A stretch of DNA of 64,000 bases, taken from the NCBI GenBank assembly GCA_964016885.1, contig OZ024750.1, positions 47,182,001-47,246,000 on the forward strand, in the 5' to 3' direction. The notes beneath the pieces were generated by a model. That model did not search any database. It was not told where the DNA came from and saw only the letters and a program-made list of their open reading frames with translations. Below are positions 28,263 through 41,830 of the stretch, piece after piece (positions within the stretch are counted from its first letter, which is position 1; each line of letters starts with the position of its first letter). Position numbers and translations under genes: made by a program. The DNA comes from Eledone cirrhosa (lineage: Eukaryota).

Positions 28263-28744
28263 TATAAATAATGAAGACTACTAGTCTTCATTAAGAGTTC
28301 GCTCTCGGAGAATGTCACCAATCTGATATAAAACTTGCGACTTAATTTGTACCCAATGATGTAGACGGGTTCTTCTAGTTGAGCAAATGCATTCGTTGAT
28401 CATAGAGTGGGACTGGTCACTTACAAAAATTCTCCTCTCTTTAAAAAAAACTTTCAAGCCAAGGCATCACTTGATATGTGAGATATCTTGCGATGCCTCG
28501 TGTTTCTGCACATAGGCAACTCCCTAGCAGGACTAAAAAGCCACGTACCTGATGCTGGTGCTTAAGTATCAAGTGATGGCATTACTCGAAATCAAGTTGC
28601 CGCCATCATATATGTATATATATATGTGTGTGTGTGTGTGTGTATGCGTGTGTGTGTGTATGTGTGTGTATGTGTGTGTGTTACTAATTGAACTTTTGTG
28701 ACTTAACTCTAAAATACCACATACTTGAATAAGAAAACACGTCT

Positions 28745-28885
28745 TCATCATCATCATCATTCGTCGACTACTGTCGAGATGATGGATCTCACTCTCATGC
28801 CCCAGAATTCCCTGTCGCCCATCGCTGCCCCCAGGTCCTGTCTACTGATTCCCGTCTACTGATTCCTGTCTATTGATTCCCTGAC
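28745..28885 (-). mobile_element. RTE LINE extreme 3' fragment with (GAT)n tail
   Basis: Minus: QDLGAAMGDREFWGMRVRSIISTVVDE* then (TGA)n; AM.DR..W is typical of RTE termini; 3x gtctactgattcc at the 5' side. Confidence 0.6.
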
Positions 28886-28905
28886 GCTATCTCTCTGACT
28901 CTCAA

Positions 28906-29090
28906 GGGCGGTGGATTGGCAGTATAGGTAGAGGGTCGAACGCCATGCTTTCCAGCATAGTTACGTCCCTTTTCGATCTGAGTTCAAATCCCGCCGAGGT
29001 TAACTTTGCCTTTCATCCTTACGGGGTCCATAAAATAAAGTACCAGTAATGCACTGGGTAATTGCTGGCTTTGTGCCTAAAGTAGAAATA
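28906..29090 (+). mobile_element. Full-length SINE with TSD-like tatctctctgac
   Basis: gggcggtggattggcag..gagttcaaatcccgcc (B box)..gcctttcatccttacgggg..tagaaa. Confidence 0.9.
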
Positions 29091-31559
29091 GTTATCTCTC
29101 TGACGTTAAACACGTCTTAACCGTCAGGCCGATTTCGAGAAATGCTGTTAGGTTCACCGAGAGGAATTATCAATGATCACACGCGGAAGATGAACATTTC
29201 TATTAACAATTCGAAATTAAAAGAAAATATCAATTGTATGGTCCTAAATTCTATTCGTGTTTTACATTTCTGAAAGTGGACATCGTGTTTTAGCGGTCTT
29301 TTCGACTTTAAACTCGTAAATGGAGTTAATCTTTTAATATAATAATCAATTCGCACATAATATGTTGCTTGCAATCAGTTGTGTATGCATGTATATACAT
29401 TTTGTATTAATAGTTTTGACTATCAGATACTTGACATATATTATTGCAAAGTTTCATGTAATCGTTAGTAAATTTAATTAAATATTTAAACATTACACCA
29501 CAAATTATTGCTGCGTCTACAAATTGCGAAAATGAAATTTATCTATATGGAAATATACGTATAATTTCGAATATTTATTTGAAGAACAACTCAATACCCT
29601 TTCGGTGACATATATGCAAACATATGTGCTATGTTTAAGCGTCTCAAATGTACTGTCTAGCGTGTTTAAATGTGTGATAATGTATTTGTGGATGGGTCTT
29701 TAGTCTCTCATGTAGGGTGTCTCATAACGCTTGATGTTTGAACTATTGAAAATAACGTTATCATTCATTCCAATCTATAAAAGTAGATTCTTTTCATAAA
29801 CTTGGTTAACTTGGAAACAAAACATAAAAAGAAAAATATGTTTTCCATAAAAAAAGAATATTCTCAAATACATAGAATCTAACAGAAAGTATGAGAAAAA
29901 AAAGAAGAATTACTGCTTCGATCGATCGGTAAATTAAACAGTAACCTGGACAGTCAGTTAAAATACAAAGAGAGCTCGTGTGGTGTCAGATTATCAGTCA
30001 GCTGAAGCTGACTAGATACCACTGATCTATTGAAATTGTAGCTAAAGTAATTTAACAAACACGAGGAGAAATAGAGAGAGAGAGAGAGACAGCATCGTGG
30101 GAGGTGAGAAATAAAGAATTCACTTGAAAAAAAAATAGCAGGCAAGCAAAATCAGTCAACAAAGTTTTAATAAAATCGAGACGAATAAAAGTAATTTAAA
30201 GTCTAGAATATAGACCACAGAATTTGTGCCCAAACACACTTTTTCCATTTGCGTATTCATCAGTTACCTTTCAGATAAACTGTTTTTCTTTACGTTTTAA
30301 ATCTATTTAGAAATATATAGATTGTGTTTGGGCACATACATCGGTCGCTAACTAGTTTAACGTGTATACGAGTTAGTAATGGAGCTTTCGACATAGTCGC
30401 TCATGCTATAAATAAAATTGAATTTTCTTCCTTTCACTACCTACCGTCATAAAATAACGAGAAGTTGAATTGTGAATGTCTATATATTTTGGATTGATGA
30501 AAAACAGGATTTGTATGGCAGTACATTAGATAATGGATTTTATCGGCCAAAGATGATTTGACGAAGAGCTATACGTGAGGACCTTTACGTTTAGTTTTTT
30601 TTTATGTGTTTCTATATTTCAGGAAATGTAACGATTTCTGTAAAATCTATTAAAATCATTTAATAATTGTAACGCTTACATTTGGAAACATTTTGCAATG
30701 GGTCCCACAAATAATAGTTTAACTCAACGAGGGAGACCATGAGCAGGTCGCTTCGTCAACTCTGCGGACAGAATGGAGAAACGTTGCTCAGGATGACAGC
30801 GAAGAAAAAGGCATTTTAATAGCGGTACTTGCTAAGTGGCTCTCCTATGAATAAAGCCAGAGTTAGATCTAACAAGAAAAATAAAATATACAGCGGCAAC
30901 ATTAGCAATAACAGAATCAAAAGGTACAGCAACGGTAACAACACCAATATGACGACTGTCATGAGCGAAAGCAACAACTGCCCACAGCCTAAATACAAAT
31001 CGTCTGAACTCATCCACACCAGAAGGCAGTATAATCATTAAAAACACCAAAGTGTTATTTCGTATCAATCTTATTTGTGCATGGATGGTCGTATTTAGTT
31101 GCTATATATTTCATATCTATTTCATGGCAACGAGAGAAAATGTTTCTACAATCACCGACTCAGCCCTAGATATGTACGTGGAAATAGATCAGTGGATAGT
31201 TTATCTATTGTACCGTCTAATGGACTGTACATGTAAGACAAAGGACAAGATTCGTCAACTTGTGGCTCGCTACTTCGGCTTGAGAAAAAATCTTTGATAT
31301 AATTTGTTGTTTTTGCCATTTTACACAACGCCAGAATCCTATGATCAGTTTGTGTACGAATTCATGGGACGTTGCGACAGAATTATAAAACAGAGTGATT
31401 GTAAGTAACCTCTCCTTAATATCTGATTTGAAATTCCATCGAGTTAAACGTTGCCTGTCATCACTCCGAGGTTGAAAAATAGAATAGAAAATCTAGAACT
31501 GAAGGGGTTATAATTTGAATCCCCCCACAAACATTGCTGACATTGCGTCTATATTAGAA

Positions 31560-32190
31560 ACGTTGAGTGCTGACTTGTCAGTTAGTCGGATAAAATATTT
31601 TGAGCATAGATTTATGGCCCTTAACTTTCTGAGTTCGAACCTCGCCGTGTGTAGGTTTGCCATTCATTCCTAGAGAATCGATAAAATAAAGTATCAGTAA
31701 TGCACTGGGGCCGATATAATGGCCGCTCTACTCATCTTCGAATTGCTGGCCTTGTGCCTAAAGTAGAAACATGTATTACTATTATTATCAATTAATTGGC
31801 AGTATCGGTAGAGGGTCGGACGCCATGCTTTGACGCATAGAGTTACGGCCCTTGCCATTCTGAGTTCAAATCCCGCCGAGGTTAACTTTGCCTTTCATCC
31901 TTACGGGGTCGATAAAATAAAGTACCAGTAATACACTGGGAAATTGCTGGCCTTGTGCCAAAAGTAGAAACAATTATCAATTAATGCGTTTGATTATCAG
32001 TATCGGTAGAACGTCGGACAATGCAGATTGCGGCATACAGCTACAACCCTTTACGTTCAAATCATACCGGGGTTAGATTTTCCATTCATCCTTACGCCGC
32101 TGATGACATAAAGTACCACTAATGCACTGGGGTAGATGTAATGGATTGTGCCGGCTCCTAAATGTATTGTCATTGTGCCGAATTCAGAGA
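31560..32190 (+). mobile_element. Cluster of three SINE copies (young copy 31795-31978 between two older ones)
   Basis: Three occurrences of gttc(g/a)aa..ttcatcc..gataaaataaagtaccag..gcactgggg. Confidence 0.8.
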
Positions 32191-33123
32191 TCATTAATAT
32201 CATTATTATTGATCTTGTAGAGTTTATATGTACACTACCAATTTGTGGCGACTGGTGATTTTTGTATATAATATAGAATCACAGACACACGTCTGTATGA
32301 GTCAGTATTTGTATGTGTGTGTGTGCATTTGAGAATATATATCTGTAATATATGAAACAAAATTTCACTATCTATGTTCATGGGACTAAATTTATTATAT
32401 TAAGCAAAACATAAGAAGGTTATGACCTTCGTACAAACTTTTCATTTTAAATGTGACAATGCGTTCCAAAGCGAAAAACTAGAGATGTAAATCTGATCTC
32501 ATGTAATAGGAAGCTTACAAGTCAATAAAGGCAACGTGTCAGTGACATATCCGTGAACTTTGACTTAGGATATATTATACAATTCCGAAGACTTGCAGGC
32601 AACATAACTATTGATATGTTGTGTGCCTGGGTGTCGAAAAATGGCTGTCCGATTAATTGATTGTCTGAAGGTGACTATATTGTGAAGATAAATATATGTA
32701 ATATATGAATACATCAAACCAATGTTCATGTTTTTTATTTAGCAAAAACAGCATTATTTTCAATTATAAAATATTGTTGTGTATTATAATGTTTATGATG
32801 ATGTAAATGATGATGGTGATGAAGATCTTGATGGTGATCATGAAGATGATGATGATGGCGACATCATATAAGCTTAGATCGAATGTGTAGATAACATCGG
32901 ATATTATAAAGTCGAACTGAATTACGTATTTTATTTATATTCAGGCATAAATGAGATTATGATTCAATGCTTTTACAGAATTTTATATTACAAAAGCTAA
33001 AGACGTTTTGCAAACAACGTATATGTTGACGGACGGAAGAAACCTTGTTTTTGCTATCTGCTCCTGCAAATAAGAGATGGCAAGGAATCAGGCTCGGGTC
33101 CCCATACACTAAACACACACACA

Positions 33124-33170
<47 letters not shown>

Positions 33171-33304
33171 AAATATATGTGTGTGTGTATGTCTGTATAT
33201 GTGAGTGTGTGAGTGTGTGTGTGTATGTATATGTGAGTGCGCGCGTGTGTGTGTATGTGTGTGTGTGTGTGCGTGTGTATATGTGTATTTGTCTGTGTAT
33301 GAAG

Positions 33305-33640
33305 GTGCATGACTTAGCGTTTAGAGCGAGAGCCTTACCATCGTAAGTATTCAAGTTCCATTGATGTGTACAAATCTGTGTGTTTTGCTTTTGAGAAAGA
33401 CATGTTATGTTGTTCCAGTCCAGTCGGCCGTAGAAATGAATTGTCACGTCACTCCCACAAATCTTTATCAGCCTTCACATTGGACAACATCTTTGGCGTG
33501 CTGAGGGTGATTGTTATGAGTTGGTGACTGTGGTTTTTCAAGAAACAAGTTTCCCAGATGTGTACCACGAAGGCGAACTTTCTAGGTCGAAATCCTATGG
33601 TCATTCCACACCGAAGAGGGTCTTCACACACGCCACACAC
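33305..33640 (+). mobile_element. Degraded second SINE-like family
   Basis: tRNA-like head tgacttagcgtttagagcg..caagttcca followed by gcttttgagaaagaca; diverged. Confidence 0.35.
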
Positions 33641-33720
33641 ACACACATAAATATATATATATATATATATATATCACGAAGGAAATGTGGTAAGAATTAG
33701 CCGTCGGGGTAATACTTGTT

Positions 33721-34725
<1,005 letters not shown>

Positions 34726-34734
34726 ATATATATA

Positions 34735-34825
<91 letters not shown>

Positions 34826-34829
34826 CCAT

Positions 34830-35260
34830 ACATATCAATGATATTAATAGATTAAAACTTGAACTGTTAAAATCTCGTTCCTGGATATATCAATATTTAT
34901 AATACCATATATAGTTTAAGGGTACCAACACTTTGGTACGCTCTCATCAGATAAAATACAAAGTTTGTTTTATAAATATTGACATATCCATGAATGAGAT
35001 ATTAACAGTTCCAGTTTACCTGATAGTATTTTGTCTGATGTGAGCATACCACATTTTGGTACGCTTAAATTATATTTAATAGAATAAATATTATTTTATA
35101 AATATAGTTTCCATTTATAATATCATTGATATTATACTCCAGAAGTCCTGTCGAGTGCTTCAAATCATATATTTAGTGGAATTACCAACAAATTAAATAT
35201 CCCTATATATAAATATCCCTATATATATAAATATCCCTATATATATAAATATCCCTATAT
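34830..35260. mobile_element. Small HHR-family element (related to 12955-13230) with two decayed, oppositely oriented HHRs
   Basis: Minus tattttat-CTGATGA-gagcgtacc..ggtaccct-TAAA (~34905-34958); plus tattttgt-CTGATGT-gagcatacc..ggtacgct-TAAA (~35027-35075); ~48-bp inverted repeats 34855-34902/34970-35017; shares tgtcgagtgctt with 13157. Confidence 0.55.
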
Positions 35261-35279
35261 ATATATATATATATATATG

Positions 35280-35760
35280 AAACCGGAAAAAAATGAAACG
35301 AAATTTCATTTCCCACTCTTAGTACAGCTGTTACTTAAATATTAATATGTATACGTACATACATATATGTATACAGACGTAGAGTAGTATGTATATATAT
35401 ATATACATACATGCACACATATATATATATGTACGTATGGATTCACCGAACATTTATTATAATGCTCGGTGTGTTTGTAAACAAACATCCCGTATTAAGC
35501 CGTACAGTGTCTAGCAGCCATCGTTTCTCGTTTGTTCAACACTGACAAAGGAACACTGTACTAGTTTCAAGCTTATTAGCTATCGTCAGCAACGTATACC
35601 TTCCTGCCAGATGATTGAACGTCTGAAAGTATATACTTTCCTTATGCATGTTAACGGCTGAGCAGCCTAATTAATCCATACGTACATATATATATGTGTG
35701 CATATATGTATGTATATACATACTACTGTATATCTGTATACATATATGTATGTACGTATA
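35280..35760 (-). mobile_element. Diverged monomer of 466-bp HHR family (HHR ~35552-35597)
   Basis: aaatgaaacgaaatttcatttcccactcttag..tactagtttcaagcttattagctatcgtcagc..ggctgagcagcctaat. Confidence 0.85.
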
Positions 35761-36297
35761 CATACTTATATATATATATATATGAAACATATATATGAAA
35801 AAAGTCTGGACCCCCGAAAGCTGAGGTCCGGACGTTTCGACATCTACCTTACCAGACTTTCTTTGTTTTCATTTATATATACATATGAAAGAAGAAAAAC
35901 GGAGGTTTCTGAGCGAGAAGATAAAGATATTATCAACAAAATAAGATATATAACAGACTTTTTTAATTTCTAAAATGAATGAAGTAACATTTCCATATAA
36001 TATATAACACTAGTTCAGTAATAAATTCTCAACAATATTTATTTATGAGGCAAATATATAAGTGAAATCAATTTAGAAATAAAATAAGTGTCTGGTACAA
36101 AAGAGAGGAAACACTACGTTGTAAGCCACTGATCATAGCCGACATCTTCCGATCATACAGTGAGGTATACAAATTATGTTGTGGTTGCTGGTATTCATAA
36201 ATAGATATGTTTACAGTATTTTACAAAGCAGTGTTGCTTCCAACTTCACAGTCATTGATAACTATTAAAATGACATTAATTCTATGCGTAAATATAT

Positions 36298-36446
<149 letters not shown>

Positions 36447-36489
36447 CATATAAATATATATATATATACATATATATATATACATATAA

Positions 36490-36596
<107 letters not shown>

Positions 36597-36597
36597 C

Positions 36598-36684
<87 letters not shown>

Positions 36685-36704
36685 TATATACATATATACA
36701 TATA

Positions 36705-36745
<41 letters not shown>

Positions 36746-36779
36746 ATATATATAAATATAAATATATATATAAATATAA

Positions 36780-36814
<35 letters not shown>

Positions 36815-36819
36815 AATAA

Positions 36820-36859
<40 letters not shown>

Positions 36860-36863
<4 letters not shown>

Positions 36864-36937
36864 TGTTATACTTTGGGAGGGTCATGTTGCCAATGAGAAA
36901 CACACGCACCAGTAGCTTTCACTTTCAGAAACGAAAT
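36860..36937. mobile_element. Short inverted Penelope pLTR terminus fused to a forward 3' tip
   Basis: 36860-36925 = reverse complement of pLTR aagtgaaagc..caaagtataacaatat; followed by tcagaaacgaaat. Confidence 0.8.
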
Positions 36938-37134
36938 ATGTATATATATAGAGTATTAAGGATACTATATATGGTTATGTATATACTAAAACCTTTTATA
37001 GTTATATATATTTTAAACCATAAATATTGAAAGACAGTAATGTATTACTACCTTATTACCAGTAAGATAAATAGCTCAATGTAACAGAGCAGTTATATAG
37101 AAATTACATCAATCAAAGTTCTGTTTAAACAATT

Positions 37135-38881
37135 GTAAAGAACAATTAGAAGACAGCTTAACCCTGATAATGTACTCCCGCTACGTAGATGATATAAACA
37201 TCGTAGTTAAGACACCCCCACTAAAGAACAGTCAGGAACTAGAGAAAAACACAATGGAAAGCATCCAGCAAATAGCAAACTCAATCCACCAGAGCATTAG
37301 ATTTACTATAGACTACCCAAGTAGACACCCCAACCATCGATTACCTGTACTAGACACAGAGCTCTGGTTAGATACCATTAACAACCAAAAACAAATCCTC
37401 CATTCCCATTATGCCAAACCCATGACTTCCAAACATCTGATCCATCGAAACTCGGCCATTTCGGACCATACCAAAATCAACATACTGATTGCGGATTTGG
37501 TACGGGTGATGAGAAATGTGTCCCGCATGTGCAACCCCGAAGAACTAGAGAGACACATACAACACTTCATCCACCGTATGCAGTTCTCTGGCTACAATCA
37601 GAGAGATAGAATCAGAGTGTATAAAGGAGCCAGAACCAAATGGGAAAAAAATAGTAAATAATGACATAAATGGGACTGCCCCTTGTATAGGAGCAAATTT
37701 TGGAATAGAATAGAAAGAACTAGAAACAAGGCCAATAGAATAAATTCATGGTATGATAGCATTAAATACCAGAGTGTAATGTTCATCAATACAACCCCTA
37801 GAGGCGAATTAGCCTACAGATTTAGAAGAGCCCTAAATAAACATAAACTCAATATTAAGATAGTAGAAAGACCAGGTACCTCCGTAAAAACACTTATTAG
37901 CAAGACATACACGTTCCAAAGACCCTCATGTATAGATAATAAATATATAACCTGTAAAATAAGCCCCCATATTAACTGTAAAACTAGAAATGTAGTGTAT
38001 AGCATAAGATGTACTGAAGGAGAATGTAGAAACAAAAATATAGTGTACATAGGTGAGACAGCTCGTAGTATAGGGGAACGAATAAATGAACACTGGCGAG
38101 ACCTTCAAGATAATAAAGAATCATCTGTGCTCTACCAACATGCTAAGATAGAACACAGGGGTAGATTATAGAACATAGAAATAAAAATAGAATCCACACA
38201 CAGAAAAGATGCAATGTTTAGGCAAATTACAGAGGCAGTAAGCATAAACGAATTACAACCAAAATTAAATAGAAAATATGAGTGGAACAGCAACATCACA
38301 ACTTACAATTAAGGAAAAATGAAAACACACACAGGACAAAATGAAAACACACACACACATAGAACAAACAACTTACAATTAAGGACAACATGAAAACACA
38401 CACAGGACAAAATGAAAACACACACACACACATAGAACAAACAACCAACCAACCATAAATAAATAAATAAATAAACAAATAGATAAATGAACACAAACAC
38501 ACACAGACACCCGGATGTAGCGCATGCGCAAACTGAGCACACAACACACACACAGAAACAAAATGGCGTAGGATAGAAGAAAGGAAATGCACAGAAACAA
38601 AGAAAGGAATCCCCAGTCACTGAAGAGGTCACAGAGTGTGTGACGAAAGGGCTATGACTATATATAAACAGCTATCTGGTTGTGGAACCAACCAACCAAC
38701 CAGAAATTTATAAGTTTGTAGATTTGTAAGTTAATAAATTTATAAATATACAATAAATTGAAGTGAAAGCAACTGGTGCGTGTGTTTCTTATTGGCAACA
38801 TGACCCTCCCAAAGTATAACAATATCGGTTTCAACACACGATTTCAGATAAAAAATCTTGCTAAACAAATTCAGAAACGAA

Positions 38882-38882
<1 letters not shown>
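37135..38882 (+). mobile_element. 5'-truncated Penelope-like element (RT C-terminus, GIY-YIG, pLTR), frameshifted
   Basis: YSRYVDD (37170 ORF), NVVYSIRC..VYIGETARS..ERINEH (37683 ORF); frameshift at ~37650 and stop at 38171; ends cagaaacgaaat + (TA)n. Confidence 0.95.
38615..38659 (+). ncRNA. Minimal type I HHR in Penelope pLTR
   Basis: agtca-CTGAAGA-g-gtcaca(gagtg)tgtgac-GAAA-gggc-TA-tgact. Confidence 0.78.
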
Positions 38883-38930
<48 letters not shown>

Positions 38931-38933
<3 letters not shown>

Positions 38934-39206
38934 TCGATATGCAAATTAGGCTGCTCAGCCGTTAATATGCATAAGGAAAATATATACTTTCAGACGTTCA
39001 TCCATCTGGCACGAAGGTATCCGATGCTGACGATAGCCAATAAGCTTGAAACTAGTACATCGTTCCTGTGTCAGTGTTGAACAAAAATGTGACGTGGTTG
39101 CCTAAACACTGTACGCCGTAATGCGGGCTGTTTGTTTGTTTACAAAACCGAGCATTATAATAAATGTTCGGTAAACCGATACGTGTATATATATATGTGC
39201 ATGTAT

Positions 39207-39240
<34 letters not shown>

Positions 39241-39278
39241 TACAGTACGTCTGTATACATATATGTATGTACGTATAC

Positions 39279-39280
<2 letters not shown>
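38931..39280 (+). mobile_element. Monomer of 466-bp HHR family (HHR 39022-39062) directly after the Penelope copy's (TA)n
   Basis: cgatg-CTGACGA-tagccaataagctt-GAAA-ctag-TA-catcg; flanks match 19340-19700. Confidence 0.85.
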
Positions 39281-39312
<32 letters not shown>

Positions 39313-39321
39313 TTATATAGT

Positions 39322-39440
39322 CCAGAATTAGCCGTCGAAACGGCTTGAGCTCAGCTGTCGGGGTCTTACTGGTTCCTATTACCCACTCTACTACCTCAAG
39401 TATTGAGTACTTTGGTGCGTTATGGTCCACCTGGTTCCTT
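39322..39440 (+). repeat. Unclassified dispersed repeat associated with (TA)n
   Basis: gaattagccgtcgaaacggcttgagctcagctgtcgggg..gttcctat; related pieces at 12630-12730, 20488-20535 (inverted), 33692-33724. Confidence 0.65.
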
Positions 39441-40690
39441 ACCACATTTCCTTCGTTATATATATATATATATATTTATATATGGGGGTACATATGTATG
39501 TGTGTGCGTGTACGTTTTTGTTTATTGCTATAGTAACAGCCATATAGTTACACATATTAGAAAGTCTGTTACAATATGTCACAGCAACACTACAACAGTC
39601 ATTCCTGTTTAGATTTAAAGTAAGTTCCATACACCACATCCATGATCAATGAAATATCAACACGATTGTTATTTTTTTTTCTTTTTGTTTCAGTTGTAGT
39701 TTGTCTTTAAATGCAACCAAATCTTGACGTTTTAAGAGTATCAGATCATATTTCAGTGTGTTCTATTCCATCTCAATACGTCCTGCGATCAAATACAGAC
39801 AAAACATAATATTCCTTTCATAATCTCGATGTAAAATATAACATACTATTTGTATTGTTAATAAATATATATCTATAAATATGTGTATATGAATGAAGTC
39901 GATGATTTTATAGAATGATTTGCGGAATTCGTTTTAGCTGGGTGAAGGACGAGTTCTAATTCCATCTTTATTAACTTTTCTTTTCATTATTTCGAGATAG
40001 ATACATATAGTGTCATGTCATTAATAGGGACAATTTTACCTCCATAGATCTTTTTCTATGTCTATTTCTCCTTCTCCGGAGACCGGACATGGATGGGAGA
40101 CATTAAGTTTAACTTGCTCAAGAAATGCCATATTTACCTGTCCTTACATAAATAAGTACATTGTTTACTGTATCACGGTAACACCTCAATTCCACTGACT
40201 TAAACAACATTACAGATGTTAGCAGGCGTGTTGCAGCGACGAATCATCCCTTTTAAGAGGATAGGGTAGGTTCGTCGATATATTTTATTGCTATTTCTGG
40301 CACATCAACAACAACATAAGCTGAATGTAACTGGACAATTATGAATTTGACTGACAGCTTGATTTTTTGCTTTGGGCAAAAGGCTATTCATAAACATCGA
40401 TTAAATTGAACCCAGTGGTCTGGGATTGTCTCGACCTCGGAATTATGAAACGTAAACTTAATCTCGGCATGATTTGAGCTGAGCATGTAAGGGCCAAACA
40501 TACACTATCAAAAGCTTTCAGTATCTTGCCATCATTTTCTCCAATATTAGTATATCTCCACCTTTAGTATATCGAGTAAATGATAAGAATATTTATCAGT
40601 GAGTCTCTCTCTTTCTCTCTACCCCCCCCCCTCTCTGTATATATAAAACATTGTTACAAACATTTAACTAACATTATTTATTAGGCATAA

Positions 40691-41082
40691 GGGCGGTGGA
40701 TTGGCAGTATCGGTAGAGGGTCGGACGCCATGCTTTCCAGCATAGTTACGTCCCTTTACGATCTGAGTTCAAATCCCGCCGAGGTTGACTTTGCCTTTCA
40801 TCTTTATGGGGTCGATAAAATAAAGTACCAGTAATGCACTGGGTAATTGCTGGCCTTGTGCCTAAAGTAGAAACAATTATTTATTAGGCATAAAGGGCGG
40901 TGAATTGGCAGTATCGGTAGAGGGCTGGACGCCATGCTTTGATGCATAGAGTTACGGCCCTTGCCATTCTGAGTTCAAATCCCGCTTAAGTTAACTTTGC
41001 CTTTCATCCTTACGGGGTCGATAAAATATATTACCAGTAATGCTCTGGGATAATTGCTGGCCTTGTGCCAAAAGTGGAAAGG
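40691..41082 (+). mobile_element. Two full-length SINEs of different subfamilies in tandem
   Basis: 40691-40880 and 40895-41082; attatttattaggcataa occurs before, between and after them. Confidence 0.92.
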
Positions 41083-41639
41083 ATTATTTATTAGGCATAA
41101 GAGAAACTGTAAAGAAATAACAGTAATATTTCTGTAATTTTGCTTTAAAATCATCTCCGCATTACCAATTGAACTTGAATAATTGATCTAGTTTCATTTG
41201 AATTATTCACGAGCATGTTATAGATTTTCTAATGAGATGCTACATGCCGAAGTAAAAATATCTAAACACGTAAAAATATAATGCGTTCACATGGTTTCTG
41301 TCTGAAGTTTATAGACTAACTAATGAACTGCGTGGATTCCTGAAGGTGCCTCCATTAATTTAAAGTAATACATCTTAATATGGTTTGCTGAAGTTTTTAA
41401 ACAGTTAGTGTACTGTATTGTAATGAACTATATGAATCAATGTAATTGCTTTTACCTCAGTTTTTATTTTATGTTCGCCATTTTGCATTAATTAATTCCG
41501 TTTGTATTCAACTTATATTAATTCGTGTTGTATATTTATCTCCTCTAAATAACAATATATATTTTTAGATAGCGTTAGATTGATACATCATAAAGTTTTA
41601 TATCAGCTGCAATATAAGTTTATCTATGGTTTCTGATTC

Positions 41640-41830
41640 AGGCGCAAAGCCAATAATGTTGAGTGTGGAGAATGTCTATTAAATTGATCCTAGTGCATTA
41701 CTGGTACTTTATTTCATAAACGCGCTCGTGATGAAATGCAAAGCTAACCAGTGTGATTTGAAACCATTGAGCGAAATCTATCCCACGAAGCATATTGTCT
41801 GACTCTCTACCGATACTGCCAATCCAACGC
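41640..41830 (-). mobile_element. Old SINE copy
   Basis: gtgcattactggtactttattt..ctctctaccgatactgccaatcca. Confidence 0.7.

Noticed and set aside
30670-30770. Possible minus-strand exon (ctgtccgcag..gtaagc)
   Set aside because: All three frames contain stops
35800-35860. GAAACGTC HHR-like half with nearby hairpins (minus)
   Set aside because: No CTGANGA core; a similar weak CTGATCA at ~36129 was also rejected
40691-40785. tRNA gene (A/B box-like)
   Set aside because: It is the head of a multi-copy SINE, continues into SINE body and has TSDs
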